Source of the DNA: Eledone cirrhosa
Taxonomy: Eukaryota
Assembly: GCA_964016885.1 (NCBI GenBank)
Contig: OZ024742.1
Span: forward strand, 207,452,001-207,516,000
Direction of reading: 5' to 3'
DNA: 64,000 bases
A program made the translations under genes and the position numbers. The notes under the pieces were generated by a model. That model was not told the origin of the DNA and did no database searches. It worked only from the letters and a program-made list of their open reading frames with translations. Positions 63,919 through 64,000 of this stretch are shown one piece after another. Numbering within the stretch: the first letter of the stretch is position 1; each line of letters begins with the position of its first letter.

Positions 63919-64000
63919 TTGATATATATTTTACCTATAATCAAATGTATACACACACACACACACACATATCGGTATATGATTGATGGCTGAGAGAAAG

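Overview
This is AT-rich, microsatellite-laden eukaryotic DNA with no recognisable host protein-coding gene. The repeat content (tRNA-headed SINE family, long (TA)/(CA)/(AAT)/(ACC) tracts) suggests an invertebrate, probably a cephalopod such as Octopus; that is inference only. The window is a transposon accumulation site. (1) A co-oriented minus-strand cluster of Tx1/L1-clade LINEs lies at 15.8-23.7 kb and 29.8-46.6 kb. It includes one full-length copy (29839-35659) with an intact 1139-aa APE-RT ORF2, and every intact 3' end abuts (AAT)n. (2) Two Dong/R4-like RLE retrotransposon copies sit in the same (AAT)n array in the opposite orientation. (3) About 20 copies of a tRNA-derived SINE carry a 3' tail that shares a CUUGU-loop hairpin and an ATT end with the Tx1 LINEs. 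(4) There is a DD37D maT-like remnant and a long-TIR mariner remnant. (5) Penelope-like remnants (one Naiad-like RT+GIY-YIG copy) carry three minimal hammerhead ribozyme motifs. (6) MITE/foldback elements and a 3.6-kb (ACC/ACT) low-complexity block complete the picture. The best candidate for a new system is an (AAT)n-targeting Tx1 LINE plus partner SINE with a covarying 3' stem-loop and a conserved AG/GTAAGT site at the ORF1 stop. Most short ORFs in the track are microsatellite artefacts.
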